A stretch of 61,622 nt of DNA, the filler included, from Choristocarpus tenellus KU-1152 (lineage: Eukaryota > Protista > Phaeophyceae): NCBI GenBank assembly GCA_964200185.2. It is 9 parts of 9 records of this genome, joined end to end, with 100 filler letters (N's around TTAATTAATTAA, not from the genome) between each part and the next. Parts side by side here need not be neighbours in the genome. Positions count along the whole stretch, not along the records: positions 9,751 to 15,475 come from CAXNAD020009904.1; positions 15,576 to 20,637 come from CAXNAD020011994.1; positions 20,738 to 23,560 come from CAXNAD020024449.1; positions 23,661 to 28,054 come from CAXNAD020014760.1; 5 more parts are not named here. One strand, 5' to 3'. The position numbers and the translations under genes are program-made. The notes beneath the pieces are model-generated. The model saw nothing but the letters and a program-made list of their open reading frames with translations. It had not been told where the DNA came from and made no database searches. Shown piece by piece: positions 12,006 through 24,025 of this stretch (the stretch's first letter is position 1; each line of letters starts with the position of its first letter).

Positions 12006-15000
12006 ATAGTTAGTACACCAAATAATCGCCTTCCATCCACTAAACAAACCTGAACGGTTTTGGTCTTGACTTCCTCTGTGTCACAGGATCTTGGTTGCTT
12101 GCCAGGTCTGGTTGTATTTTGAGCATTACTAGCCCACATTGATTGGTTGGTGCTGCGGGTTGGGCGCCATTGATTGGTTGGTGCAGAAAAGGCGTTGTCC
12201 TTGTCAGTCTGCTGAAGGTCTTGCCAGGATGAACCTCCTGTTAGGAGCAGAAAAAACGTTTCAAAATTGGGATGGAATGTTTTGTAATGGTTAAAGGCGG
12301 GAGGGAACTACTACTGGGATAAGGATGAAAAAAAAAAGATTGGAGAGGAGTTAAAAAAAAGAGAAATGTATGAAAAGTTTGGTATGCATAATTTGGTATT
12401 GTTGTGGCTCCTTCAAGACTCAAACAAAGAACACAACAAAAATAGCCAGAAAGTTCACAGAATCCAAACCGGAGGAATCAGTTTCAACTGATCTCAACCT
12501 TAAAAACCTGTTCTCCAGACACTTAACCACTTTGTTGTAAAAACAGTACTTCCTAGTAGTAAATACACAATCAAAATGTTAATAATCCACCGTGACATTC
12601 CCGCAAGTTTCTTCCCCCTGTAAGTGTCCCTTCCATCCCATCTATCACATGTACCTTTACCGATATCATCGATATCTTACTTTGATATCAAACTTGTTCC
12701 AGGACCTTACATTTATCATTTTCCTCACCCTGTACATACAGCCGAAAAACCGTTCCAGCCAGGAGTTGATCCCACAAACTCTAATCTTGAAATACACATG
12801 TGAACCCACTGTTCTACCAGGAACACGGTGTATTCAGACTGTCAATATTTGGTATCTCAATGTCTTAACACCAATAAAAGCATAATAAATTGAATTACCC
12901 AAACCCCATCGTAGTTCATGCCAAGATCAAATGCTATCAAAATTCTATCATCTAACATCTAACAACAACATTGAATAAAATAGTATCCTATCAAAATCCT
13001 ATCATCTAGCATGTAACATGTAACATGTAACATCCAACAATGACACAAAATGAAATAAAATAAAATAGTAGAAAAAATCAACAAGGGCAATAGACCAAAC
13101 AGGGGGGAAACTATGGTCCATACTATTGTATGACTCTATCTGACATGCAAGCTTGTCAATTCTGGGATTCATCAAATATTTGTCTCAGGCTTGTCTCTCT
13201 CACCTGCCAATACTCTTCCAAGGGTGGTACTGAATGTCCTCCCTGGGACTGCAGTCATTTCAAGTGAATGATCCCTCCAGTCATTACCAGCATGTATCAG
13301 TCGTCCAAGGTTTGACCTTGAGTATTTCCCGATCACAGTATCGAGAAGATTAGAAAATAAGTAAAAAAGATAAACAGAAAATGTAAAATTTGAGTGAAAA
13401 AAGCACTAGTGTTGAGGATAAAACACATAGAAAATGTGACAGGAAGAGGGTACTTCTACCATATTGTCATATTGGAGCACAGACCATATTGTACAGAAAC
13501 AGTGCACTAGTGGGACTGAAGTAGAGAAAAGGAAAAAAAAATACATAAAAAAACAAGAAGTTAAAAGGTAAGTAAAAAGGTGAGTTAAATTGTACAAGGG
13601 GTGTCTACAGATGTATGCAGAATTAATAATAACAGCCTAGCCCTAACCTAACCCCCCCCCCAAAAAATATCATGACATAAATAAGGTATTAGAGGTGATA
13701 CACAATTTGATCCATAGGCTATCATCCCAGGAGTCGTGTTCTGCAATAAAAAGAAAAAAAGGGGGTAATCAATAATATGTATATAAATATCAACAACACC
13801 AAATGGTGCTGACGTAGAACTGTGGCATACAAAAATATCGACAAATTAGGGTTAGGGTTAGGGATAGAGTTAGGGTCAAGGAATACATTGAAACTGAATT
13901 ATTGAAAAGAGGAATAAGGATAAGGAGAGTACAGAGGCATTGGTGTTAATGTGTAACAAATGTGTAACAAAACTTGTCAAGTAGTGAACACCAACTTCAT
14001 CCAACTTCAACCAAAAAACATTACTCCTTCCTATCTACAGATCCCAACCCATACATCATAATCTTCTTCCAAACAAAAAGAACAAACCCTAACCCTAACA
14101 CTAATACTACAAATAAAGCCAGTTGCTGAAACACACTTCCAACTTCAAGTTGAATAAATAATGAGGCTTCCAATCTCAACTGAAATCCGAACACATACCC
14201 AAGCTAAAAAAAATAAATCACACCCCACAACAGTAAGCACCCCAGCATGCAATAGGATCAAGTCCTCCAGTGTATCCTCAACCTTGTTTCTTTTACATTT
14301 TATTTATTTTGAGTACTACAGGACACCACACATATCAAAAAATGAACCCTCAAGAAATTTGAATTATTATTTTTTGGGAATACTATAAATTAAAAAATGG
14401 TAGAACATATATATATATATACTACACAAAATAAATTGATCAACCAAGAAAATGCCATTCTCTTTCTTGGAGTACTATAAATATATGCCTATCAACAGAA
14501 TACAGAATGCCGCACCAAACTTGGGTGATCAAGACATGAAAGACATGACATGAAAGACATGACATGAAAGACATCCCAATTCATACTAAGGCATGAAAGA
14601 GAAAACACATCCTCCGCAGAGCAAAAGTACAGATAAGGTATACCCCAAAACAGACAATGCCGTCCGTACTGTCAAGAACTCAAAATTACAACCCACACAA
14701 AATAAAAAAAATTCACACGCATTCAGTATTATCAATCAGTATTATAATTCAGTATAACCAATTCCGACAGGGAAAAATCGACACTTCCAGCTGACAGTTT
14801 CGACTCCTCTTGGGTTTTCATAGTGATAGGTGGGATGCGCAGATTCCACGTGGACCATTGCCTTGGCCCGTGCTGCTGGTGTCATGGATGGTGTTTGTCC
14901 CCTGACAGCCATGTAATAACTTTGAAGTAGTAGTAGTAGTAGTAGTACTACTACTATTAGTAAAAATATGAAAATAAAATTAATATGGCGGCATTGTTTT

Positions 15001-15475
15001 GATTCCCGCTTTTTACTTTGGATATAGGGTTAGGGTTAGGTTCACCACACTGCATTTCTTTACTAACCCTAACCCTTGCTTGCTTCTCTCTCTTTACATA
15101 CGCTATGCTTTATCACTGCTCCTTAAGTGCTCTTCCTCCTCAATTTACAGAGACCTCAGTTAGGCCATGGCTGAGATCAATGATATGAATTAGTAACAGG
15201 ATATCACAACAGGAAAAATGCCAAACATGCACACAACTCAATTAGTGACATTTAAATTGCAGTAACTATTCAAATAAATACATAAACGAACCATACCGTA
15301 CTAACCCCCTAACCCTAACCCTAACAAGGTTCACTACATATAAAAAAAAGAAATATGTAGTTCGTAAGATGGTTGTTACTCACCTGAACTGGTGAGGACC
15401 CTCCATAGCGACTTGCTGACCCACCCTCCCCCCTAGCCCTCCCCCATCCCCCCCACCAACCTTCTCCCCCACCAT
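11705..15475 (-). CDS. Partial multi-exon gene of unknown function
   Basis: GC-richer islands bounded by AG/GT within AT-rich introns: ~15384-15475 (..QQVAMEGPHQF), ~14785-14901 (GQTPSMTPAARAKAM..), ~13204-13320 (SNLGRLIHAGNDWRDHSLEM..), ~12050-12237 (GSSWQDLQQTDKDN..KTKTVQ), plus small candidate exons to ~11705. No domain recognised; exon chain not fully resolved. Confidence 0.5.
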
Positions 15476-15575
15476 NNNNNNNNNNNNNNNNNNNNNNNNN
15501 NNNNNNNNNNNNNNNNNNNTTAATTAATTAANNNNNNNNNNNNNNNNNNNNNNNNNNNNNNNNNNNNNNNNNNNN
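15476..15575. other. Artificial contig-joining spacer
   Basis: N44-TTAATTAATTAA-N44. Confidence 0.99.
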
Positions 15576-16536
15576 CCCCCTCCTTCCCCTGCAACTACCA
15601 CCACAATCCTGCTTCTTAATTTTCCGATTCACCCCTATGGGATAAAAGGGTCAACAATCCAATCAAGACGAAAAAAATATCCAAATAAAAAAAAAAGTGT
15701 AAAAAAAAGGCAACAATTCAAATAACAAAACATGCACAATAGTAGCAAAAAAAACATTGAAAGATGCAACTGTGAACATCCCTCCACCCCCCCCCATCCC
15801 CTCCCCCTCCATTTGGCACTACCACAACCATTTCACTCCTCCATCAGCGAGAGCCAAGACGAATCCTGTCTCCTCCTAATAAAAAAAGTACACACCTTTA
15901 ACCAATTTGATTTTTAACCTCAAATTCTACAGTAAAAAACAAAACCAACACAGAAAAAACAAACAAGGGAGGGAGGAAGCAAACAGAGTTAGACATGTCC
16001 GTGTAAATGACTACAGAGTCAAGAGCAGACGCTACAGAGCAGAGCATAATAAAAAAAGAAAGTCAACAGTATCGTATCTCATTCATAGTAACTCTCCCCC
16101 TCATTCATACATCTATAGCTCCATTTAATAGAACTCTGTAATATATATATATACATTCTTACAAACAAATATATGCCTTCATTTAACATAATCAAACAAA
16201 TCTTAACATTTTTCTTTCGAGCAAGTTGTAACGCCTTCCTACGTGCTTCCTCTGTACCGGATCAGATAAAAACAGTTTGTGGAACAGAAAAAATAATACG
16301 CAGAGAACGTTCTCTCTTTTTTTTTAAAGACAGGTGAAAAAAAAGGAAAAAATGACCCCACTCTTTAATTGATCAACAGCCACAAAGGCCTTCCTTCAAA
16401 ACAACATTTCATGACAAATGAAATTCACACATCATATAAAAAGTCTTGTTCATGCCGTTAACCTATTTCAAACCCTCTCGACACTTGCCCCTTTCTTCTT
16501 TTATCAGACTGATTTCAAGATAAACACAAAAAGAAA

Positions 16537-16537
<1 letters not shown>

Positions 16538-16595
<58 letters not shown>

Positions 16596-16602
16596 ACACA
16601 CA
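16538..16602. repeat. (CA)n microsatellite
   Basis: About 32 CA units with one interruption. Confidence 0.95.
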
Positions 16603-16650
16603 CCAATCTCACCTATGCTACCCAGCCTGCTCTCCCAACACACGCCTTCC

Positions 16651-17552
16651 TCATCTCGGAAAAACCCCTCCGTCCCTGCCACCACCAACACCACCAACAC
16701 CACCAACACCCACATCCTCCTTCAACCCTCCAGGCCGCACATCACCCAATCCCTCGCCTTCAGAGTCATCTCCAAACCCAATCGATCCTGTACCAAACGA
16801 TTCCGACTTCTTACGCCTCCTTCGCCCCAACGGGCTCTTGGATGAATGTTTTGTCCCTCTTCGACCGCCCGCACTTGGACTAGGAACGTAGCTCAGCTTA
16901 GGTCTCTCATATGACTCCCCCACGCCTACGCCATCCAGGTGCAAGGCAGAAGAGGCCTTCTCCTCGGATGCTCGCATTCCTTTCTCCATTTCGGGTTTGA
17001 CCTTGCTCTCATTTAGGCCATCCCCACAGTAGGGGCCGGGTCCGGAGGGCACGATCTCATCCTTCTTCACAGCGTGTACAGAACCCTCAGACTCTCTGTC
17101 GGGTAACTTCAAAAAAAAAATATATATATATATATATATGTTACGAAAAAAAAGAATAAATAAAAAATGCAAAAAACAGGAAGATCAAAAAAAAAAGTGA
17201 TGGTTCTTCTCGGTCCGGTAAAAATTCAAAAGCGACAGAAACAATGTTTACAAGTAAATAAAAAATAATAAAATGACCATAGTATGTTCTTTTAATGGTA
17301 GTGTGACGATTCTCTCTGTCCAGTAACTTCAAAAACGAGAAAAAATGAATAAAAATAAAAATAAAAAATAAATAAAAATAGGCGTAATTATTGTAGTAAT
17401 GAAGACGATTCATTTAAGATTTTAAAAACAAAAACTACAAAAAATGTTGTAGAAAGAAATAACAATTCTCATGGAATAAAAAAAAAGAAACAGTACGTCT
17501 ATAATAACGACAATTTAACACATGTTAACAGGGGAGGGCACAACCAATTACC

Positions 17553-17606
<54 letters not shown>

Positions 17607-20600
17607 GGTTAGGGTTAGGGTAACATAGAACGAGTGTTATCCTAATATTTCATGAGGAGTTTACAAGATGCACTCAATCCAAATCCTAGTCCTGAACTAA
17701 ACTAACATATATATACATACATGTACTTAAGAAAAAATCAAAATAACGAATCAACTACTACACATGAAAAACAGCAGGCCTGTCTGCACACACAACAGAG
17801 TCACATCTCTAAGGAATCATTTTTTTTTTAAAGCAAAGTGTGTATGCTCAATCTAGTCCTCCTAACAAAAAATCTTGTAACCTCTTCCCATTCTCATCCC
17901 TCCAGGTTATTTACACCAAAAGTCAAGATAAACCAGACTTGTCAACGGAGAGGTTTACATTTTCTTGTAACCTCATGCGTACTCTAAACACACATGCACA
18001 AACTTTGTCACCAAACCATCACCACCTCCCCCAACCCTTACAGGTATCCCTATCCCTATCCATGAGCATCCCTCCTTACATCTACAACTCTTAACAACCC
18101 CCCTCCCCCCCCCCCGCCCCTTGCCATCAGAAGTCGAACCATCACCACAAAAACTCACCAAGTCAGGCTTCCTTCCAGAGGAAGCCTTACTCTTAGGAAT
18201 ACCCTTGGAGTATGAAGGCCTGCGCTTTCCCTTCCTGAACGAACCACCCCTCGATACACTGCCCTCACATTCAGATTCCGATTGCCCAAACCCGTTTTCT
18301 CCACCATCTCCCTTTCCCGAAAATATCTGCCTGCTAGACTTCGAGCTACCCACAGCGCCCCCAAACAGCCCTGCCCCCTTCCCGCTTGACCCACCAAACA
18401 TCTTCAGGGGAAACCTCATACCACTGCCAAGACCCGACTTCTCCAAGCATGCGCTGTCAGGAGACCCTGCCTCCCCTGGCCCAACCGAGTTATCTTCAGC
18501 ACCAATACTCCCTGTCGAAGACAATCTAAGCGCCCATCCACGTTGGTTACCTTCGCCCCCAGCACTATTTTTGTTCACAGAAGAACCGCCTCCGTGCTCG
18601 CCATCTCCGACTCCTTCTTCTTTACCCCCTACTCTGCCACCACCACTGCTGAAGACACCACTACTGTTCTCCCCCCCCCCCACACTGCTATCTGGCGTGG
18701 CGGCACCAACCTTGGCCGCCATCATCCTGCCCTCTCGCGAACGAGACCTACTGACTTTCCCTCCTCGTGTCACCGCACACAAAGCCGACCCTACGGACTG
18801 GCTCTGGGCAGAGTGGTACGCCGGTGGCGGAGCCTTCTGCCTCCCACCAGCCCTCTTCTTCTCACCACTGATAGTCGTGGGAGTCGCGTTTCCGCCACCT
18901 TGACCTCCACCGTCCTTGCCTCGCGCCCCAGGCTGCCCCTTATCTGCGCTCTTGCTACGACGAGCCTTTACCCCCTTCCTGTTACTGATGTTGCTGGACA
19001 TCCGACGCCGACCGCTGCTGCTACCACTCATGCCGGCCCCAGACCCCCCCCCATTCGCCCCTCCTCTGCCTGCAGTATCCCTGTCCTCCACCTCGGAGAT
19101 GCACTCCTTCGCTGACTCTGTTCCAGAGGCAGCAGCATCGGATACCACAGAGCCTCTTTTATTCTTCTTCTGCAACAAGGTTTTTTCTTTCGCCTGTGCT
19201 CCTGGGTTCGTCGTTGCCACAGTCACTGACGGAGGCTTGACGCCATGGTGAACCGAAGGGGTGACAGGTTCGTCACCAATGCCGCCGAAGCCCACACCAT
19301 AGTCATTCTCAGACTCGGATTCGCCTCTCGATCGCAACCGAAGCACGGAGTAAACGTCCTTTGTCTTAGGCTTAGTCTTCTCTGCCCCAGCAGCAGCAGC
19401 AACAGTAGCAGACCCTGTTGTTGAAGCCACGGAATACTTCTCCTTGCGACGAGACAATTTGCTTCCACCTCCCCCCATATCGCTTTTCTCATCCCCGCCT
19501 ATTGAAGGATCATACCACATGTCGGATGTTGTCTTTCCAGTGCTCCCATCCTTCGACGTCCTCTTCTTGGTCGTATACGATAGACGTCTAGCACCCCTCT
19601 CACGTTGCGGCACAGCAGCGAGTCCACTTCCCTCCATGACACCGTCCTTGGCAAACACAGAGGGGTTGTTCCTACTGGATACCCTCTCTCCTCCCTCTGC
19701 CGCAGGCTTACTCGACGATCGCCCAGCCCTTCCCCCACCGGCCTTGTTGGTGTCGCTTTCAGGGGTCACAGAATGCTTTCTACGACCACGACTTCGACTC
19801 CTGGACGTTCCCACTCCAAGGTCCGAGGCAGTCCTCCTTGGCGACGAAAGGGAACTTGATCGGCGCGCCTGTCTAACCTTGATCGAGGCCGAAGTACCAC
19901 CTCTTGAGTAACTTTGCGCTCCCTGCGCAGACCTACTTCGAGGGAACTCCTGCTTCGAGCCCATCCCAAGGTCGGACTTGGAATCCGTGGCGCCAATCAT
20001 ACGCCCCCCACCTCCACCACGTTCCGGGGCCGTGCCGTGCGCCACTCTCGACCCTCCAACACCCCGTGAACTCAAACCCAAGCCCATGCCCATGCCATTT
20101 CCCATCGAAGTGGACCGGGAGCGCGAACGAGAACGACGGTGCTTGCCCGGCTTGCCCTTGCTGCCAGAACTACTAGCGGGTAACCCTCCCCCTCCCGCCG
20201 CCTCAGCCGTTGCCGCAGCGGTCGGATTATGAACACTGTACACAGAAGCGCCAGCGGACATCGATCTGGGGGGAACAGCTTGACGGTCAGACCAGGCCCC
20301 TGTACTGTGACTGGACCCGCCAAGGGCACCACTATTCCCCCTGCTGGGCACCCCAGTCAACTGCGCACTAAAGGAGGTCACACGACGGTGTTGTTGAGGG
20401 TCCTTAAGTCGTTGCGCTGCATTGATCACTCGGTCATTCCACTGCCCATCCTCTGCCCTAGACCCCCCCAAGCCCCTCTCACTACCGTGGGCACTCATAG
20501 CTCCAAGCTTTGACCCACCACCCCCACCAATCCCTAGCCTACTGCCCCACCCGCCCAGACTACTGCCACCACCCCGCTCCGAGTGAAAGCTCGACATCAG

Positions 20601-20637
20601 GCTACCTGAGGGAGTCAAGGGTTCTTCTGATACGAGG
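16651..20637 (-). CDS. Partial gene for a long Gly/Ser/Arg-rich intrinsically disordered protein
   Basis: 881-aa ORF 17973-20618 (large exon reaching the contig end, donor near 18100) and a second exon ~16651-17106 (LPDRESEGS..GGVFPR). GC-rich exons flanked by very AT-rich introns; no domain recognised. Confidence 0.75.
17553..17623. repeat. Compound (TA)n(TG)n(TTAGGG)n simple repeat in an intron
   Basis: atatat..gtgtgt..agggttagggttagggtaa. Confidence 0.9.
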
Positions 20638-20737
20638 NNNNNNNNNNNNNNNNNNNNNNNNNNNNNNNNNNNNNNNNNNNNTTAATTAATTAANNNNNNN
20701 NNNNNNNNNNNNNNNNNNNNNNNNNNNNNNNNNNNNN
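20638..20737. other. Artificial contig-joining spacer
   Basis: N44-TTAATTAATTAA-N44. Confidence 0.99.
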
Positions 20738-21692
20738 TCTACTGAATTCACATCACATCATTCTTGATTGAGTGATCAATAACCTCAGTTACAACAGAAT
20801 AAATACATCGGTGCTTTGCAGCATAATCACACCTATTCACAACACAGACTACACATTTACTCGTAGGTTCCTTGCAACACCATGATTCCTCATTGCTCGT
20901 AGTCTACGCATTTTGCTCACAAGTACAATGCATTCGATTCAGGTTTTAACAGATAATTCATGGCGAGTTAAATATTTTGGATTGATTCTTTTTGGGGTAT
21001 AAATATTTCTTTATTAGTTAGCGCGCGTGAGACCAATTGTCATATTGTCCTTTTCCATAACTTGACCAATTTGTGTACGAACTTGAAATTATATTTAGTA
21101 TGTTCTGCCTCAATTGATGTGTTTTTGTGCTATTTTGCTGAAGTGAGCGATTTTGTGTATGAATTTGTCACATGTCTATTCGGCTAATTAATGCATACAG
21201 TGTTCAATTCAAATGGGTTAGAACTGATGACACAGGTTGGAAGGGGATTTCAGATGTCAAGGACACCATCTGAAATCCGTCGGATACTTCAGAGCGTATG
21301 GATGACAATCAGTCCATCTTTGTGCACTGAAACATGTTCCTCACAACACCCCCCAAAAAAAGACACCGGATTTATGACAGAAGACATCAGAGCTCTTACC
21401 TTATCGATGCTGCTGTCTGAACCCTTGCCTATGTCATTGACCATTGAGGCTGCTACACCATCTCCACCACAGTAGATTAATGAACTCAGCATTTGCAACA
21501 ATAAACCCTCGAGGCTTCTTCGCATCATACTGCCTTGAAAATTAACTCGAGTACTATGAGCTGTATTCATATCAATTGCTTTCCAAAGCAATACACCTAC
21601 TCCATCAAAGTCCGTCACTCTAATCCATATCCTTAGCACCACACATCACAGAATGTAATTCGCCGCCTTTTGCAACATACTAAATGATGCAT

Positions 21693-21946
21693 GAGTTAAA
21701 GTATCTTAGAGGGTACGAGTTTTGCGCTGTTTGTCCGTTTGGGGCTCGGCTTCCATGGGTTTGTATGACATTTTACCTACTTAGAAATGTTTCGGAGTAG
21801 GTAAAATGTATACGTTATGAATAGTTGTCTCCGGAACAATATTGGCACTTCCTACCAAACACAATGGCGAAAATTACATCAAAATCGCACTATTTGATTT
21901 TGGCCCCCAAATGGACACGGCTCTACCCTCTAAGATACTTTGGCTC
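21693..21946 (-). mobile_element. MITE family A copy
   Basis: TIRs present; near-TSD gcat/acat. Confidence 0.92.
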
Positions 21947-22361
21947 ACATTTTACGCTTCAAAATAAAGTCTATCCTTGCCATTTCCACCACAGAGGTTA
22001 ATGCATACTCAGCCTCTAGCTGTGTATGTGGCCATGAAGGGCCAACCACGTAAACTCAAGTGCAAATGTGTGGTCAACTTTGATCTCGATATTACGTCTA
22101 CACACAGAAGATGTGTACTGACAAATAGTTGAGGACGTGAGCTTGGGATCTGAGGGGAATCCCAAAGATATTTGATGTATAGAGGGAAAACATCAGCCAT
22201 GGTGATGATAGCAATGATCTCTGAGATGGTGGGGGGATGATATCATGCATGATGATGTAAGTCAGAGGGAGAGGAAGAAATGGGTTGGTGTGAAATATAA
22301 GGCCAACGCTTATGCATTCCTGCTTGAGGATGCCTGCCACTTTATGGTTGGTCCAATCATT

Positions 22362-22621
22362 GAGTGAAAGTATCTTAGAGGGTATGAGTTTTTCCCTGTT
22401 TGTCCATTTGGGGCTTGGCTTCCCATGGTTTTTTTATTACATTTTCCTACCCCAAAATGTTTCGGAGTAGGTAAAATGTATACGTTATGAAACGTTGTGT
22501 CCAGAAGAAGGATATTGACACTTCCTAACAAATGCGATAGTCAAAATTACATCAAAATCGCAAAGTTGAATTTTGGCTCCCAAATGGACGCGACTCTACC
22601 CTCTAAGATATACATTGGCTC
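22362..22621 (-). mobile_element. MITE family A copy
   Basis: TIRs present; 3-bp TSD att/att. Confidence 0.92.
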
Positions 22622-23560
22622 ATTGATGACATGGTATCTCCACCACCCACCATTGATGAGGACAGGGGTGTTGGAGATGACAGGCTAAAACCTAACGTCC
22701 AGAATACGCGCTCAAAACCCCCAGTGTTCACCATCAAACTGTATGTTGGTCAGCTCCTTTTCTCCAGAATAGGTTGACACAGATGCCTGAACAGGGATCA
22801 AATGAAGCCCAGAAAGGAATTCAAAAATGTGTAGCAAAATGGAAAAATTGAAACCATGCCGGGGTTTAATCTCAACACGTCCTGAGAGTGGAGTGAAGCA
22901 ATGTTCCAAACTTGGAAAAAAATTGAGTTGGTACCACTCCCGAATATTCAAGCCACCAAGGAGGCACGGAACGTCGAGGACAAGGAAAATTGTGCCTGGA
23001 AACCTCAAAAACGTTCTCCTGCAGCCAAGTAATAAAGGGAATACAGTGGGTTATCCGATTTAGTTCACCCATAGGCATGCCCGAAAAAATCGGAACAAAT
23101 ATATATATATATATGGTACAAAATCCCATTTGTACCACTTGGTACAAAACTAGGCATCCGACCATGCGCCAAATGGTACAATATCGGGAGAATTTCAAAA
23201 GCAGGATTGCACATGTCTGATGACTACGACTAGTAATCATGGTTATCGTAATCGTTGAGCTAATCTTGGAGAGTTTCAAGAATTAGTCGTAGAATTGACT
23301 ATAATCGTGGCATTCCTGGGGAATCAATCGTTGAAGCAACTAACAATCGTCAGTTTATTTTTCGACACCCACGATCGTGATTAAATCTTTTTCACGACTA
23401 AACAATTGTCAGACGTGTGCAGGGTTGTGAAAAGATGAAAGACTGAATCGACGCAAAGACGTGCTACAACATGATTGTAACTGTACGCCACATAATCCAC
23501 GGGTGAGTGGATACATCTCGTGGTCCTTGCAAGCTTCATGGATAGGATGGAAACAATTAC

Positions 23561-23660
23561 NNNNNNNNNNNNNNNNNNNNNNNNNNNNNNNNNNNNNNNN
23601 NNNNTTAATTAATTAANNNNNNNNNNNNNNNNNNNNNNNNNNNNNNNNNNNNNNNNNNNN
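23561..23660. other. Artificial contig-joining spacer
   Basis: N44-TTAATTAATTAA-N44. Confidence 0.99.
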
Positions 23661-23680
23661 CCCCCCCAGATACTTTGAGC
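23661..23680 (-). mobile_element. MITE family B terminus at contig start
   Basis: cccccccagatactttgagcc. Confidence 0.6.
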
Positions 23681-24025
23681 CGTCAGTAACACAACCAACG
23701 ATATTATGGGTTTGGAGATTCTTCGCAAAACTGTTTGCATGTGGAGAGGGGCAGGGGAGAGGGGTAAGGGATAGAGACACTCTAACAGAATGAATCAAGT
23801 ACAATCTGAAGTAGACAATCTGAAGGCCTAATTAAAGAACCTCACACACCACCACAAAAATGGGTTGGTGACCAAGGGGAAAGGAGGGACAGAGATTTCA
23901 CACTTCTTTCACATACCCAAAAGGAAGGCACTCACCAACTTGACCTTCATATTTTCAGTTGCGTCCCAACCAACTACCCCACCCTCTCCCAATCGTGACC
24001 TTACCATAGGTACACAACAACTCAC

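Noticed and set aside
18121-20513. Long + strand ORFs (e.g. 260 aa, 190 aa), and 26757-27623 (288 aa)
   Set aside because: Antisense shadows of GC-rich minus-strand exons.
20935-21195. AT-rich stretch as a second bacterial insertion
   Set aside because: No recognisable protein motif in the frames I translated, and multiple stops.
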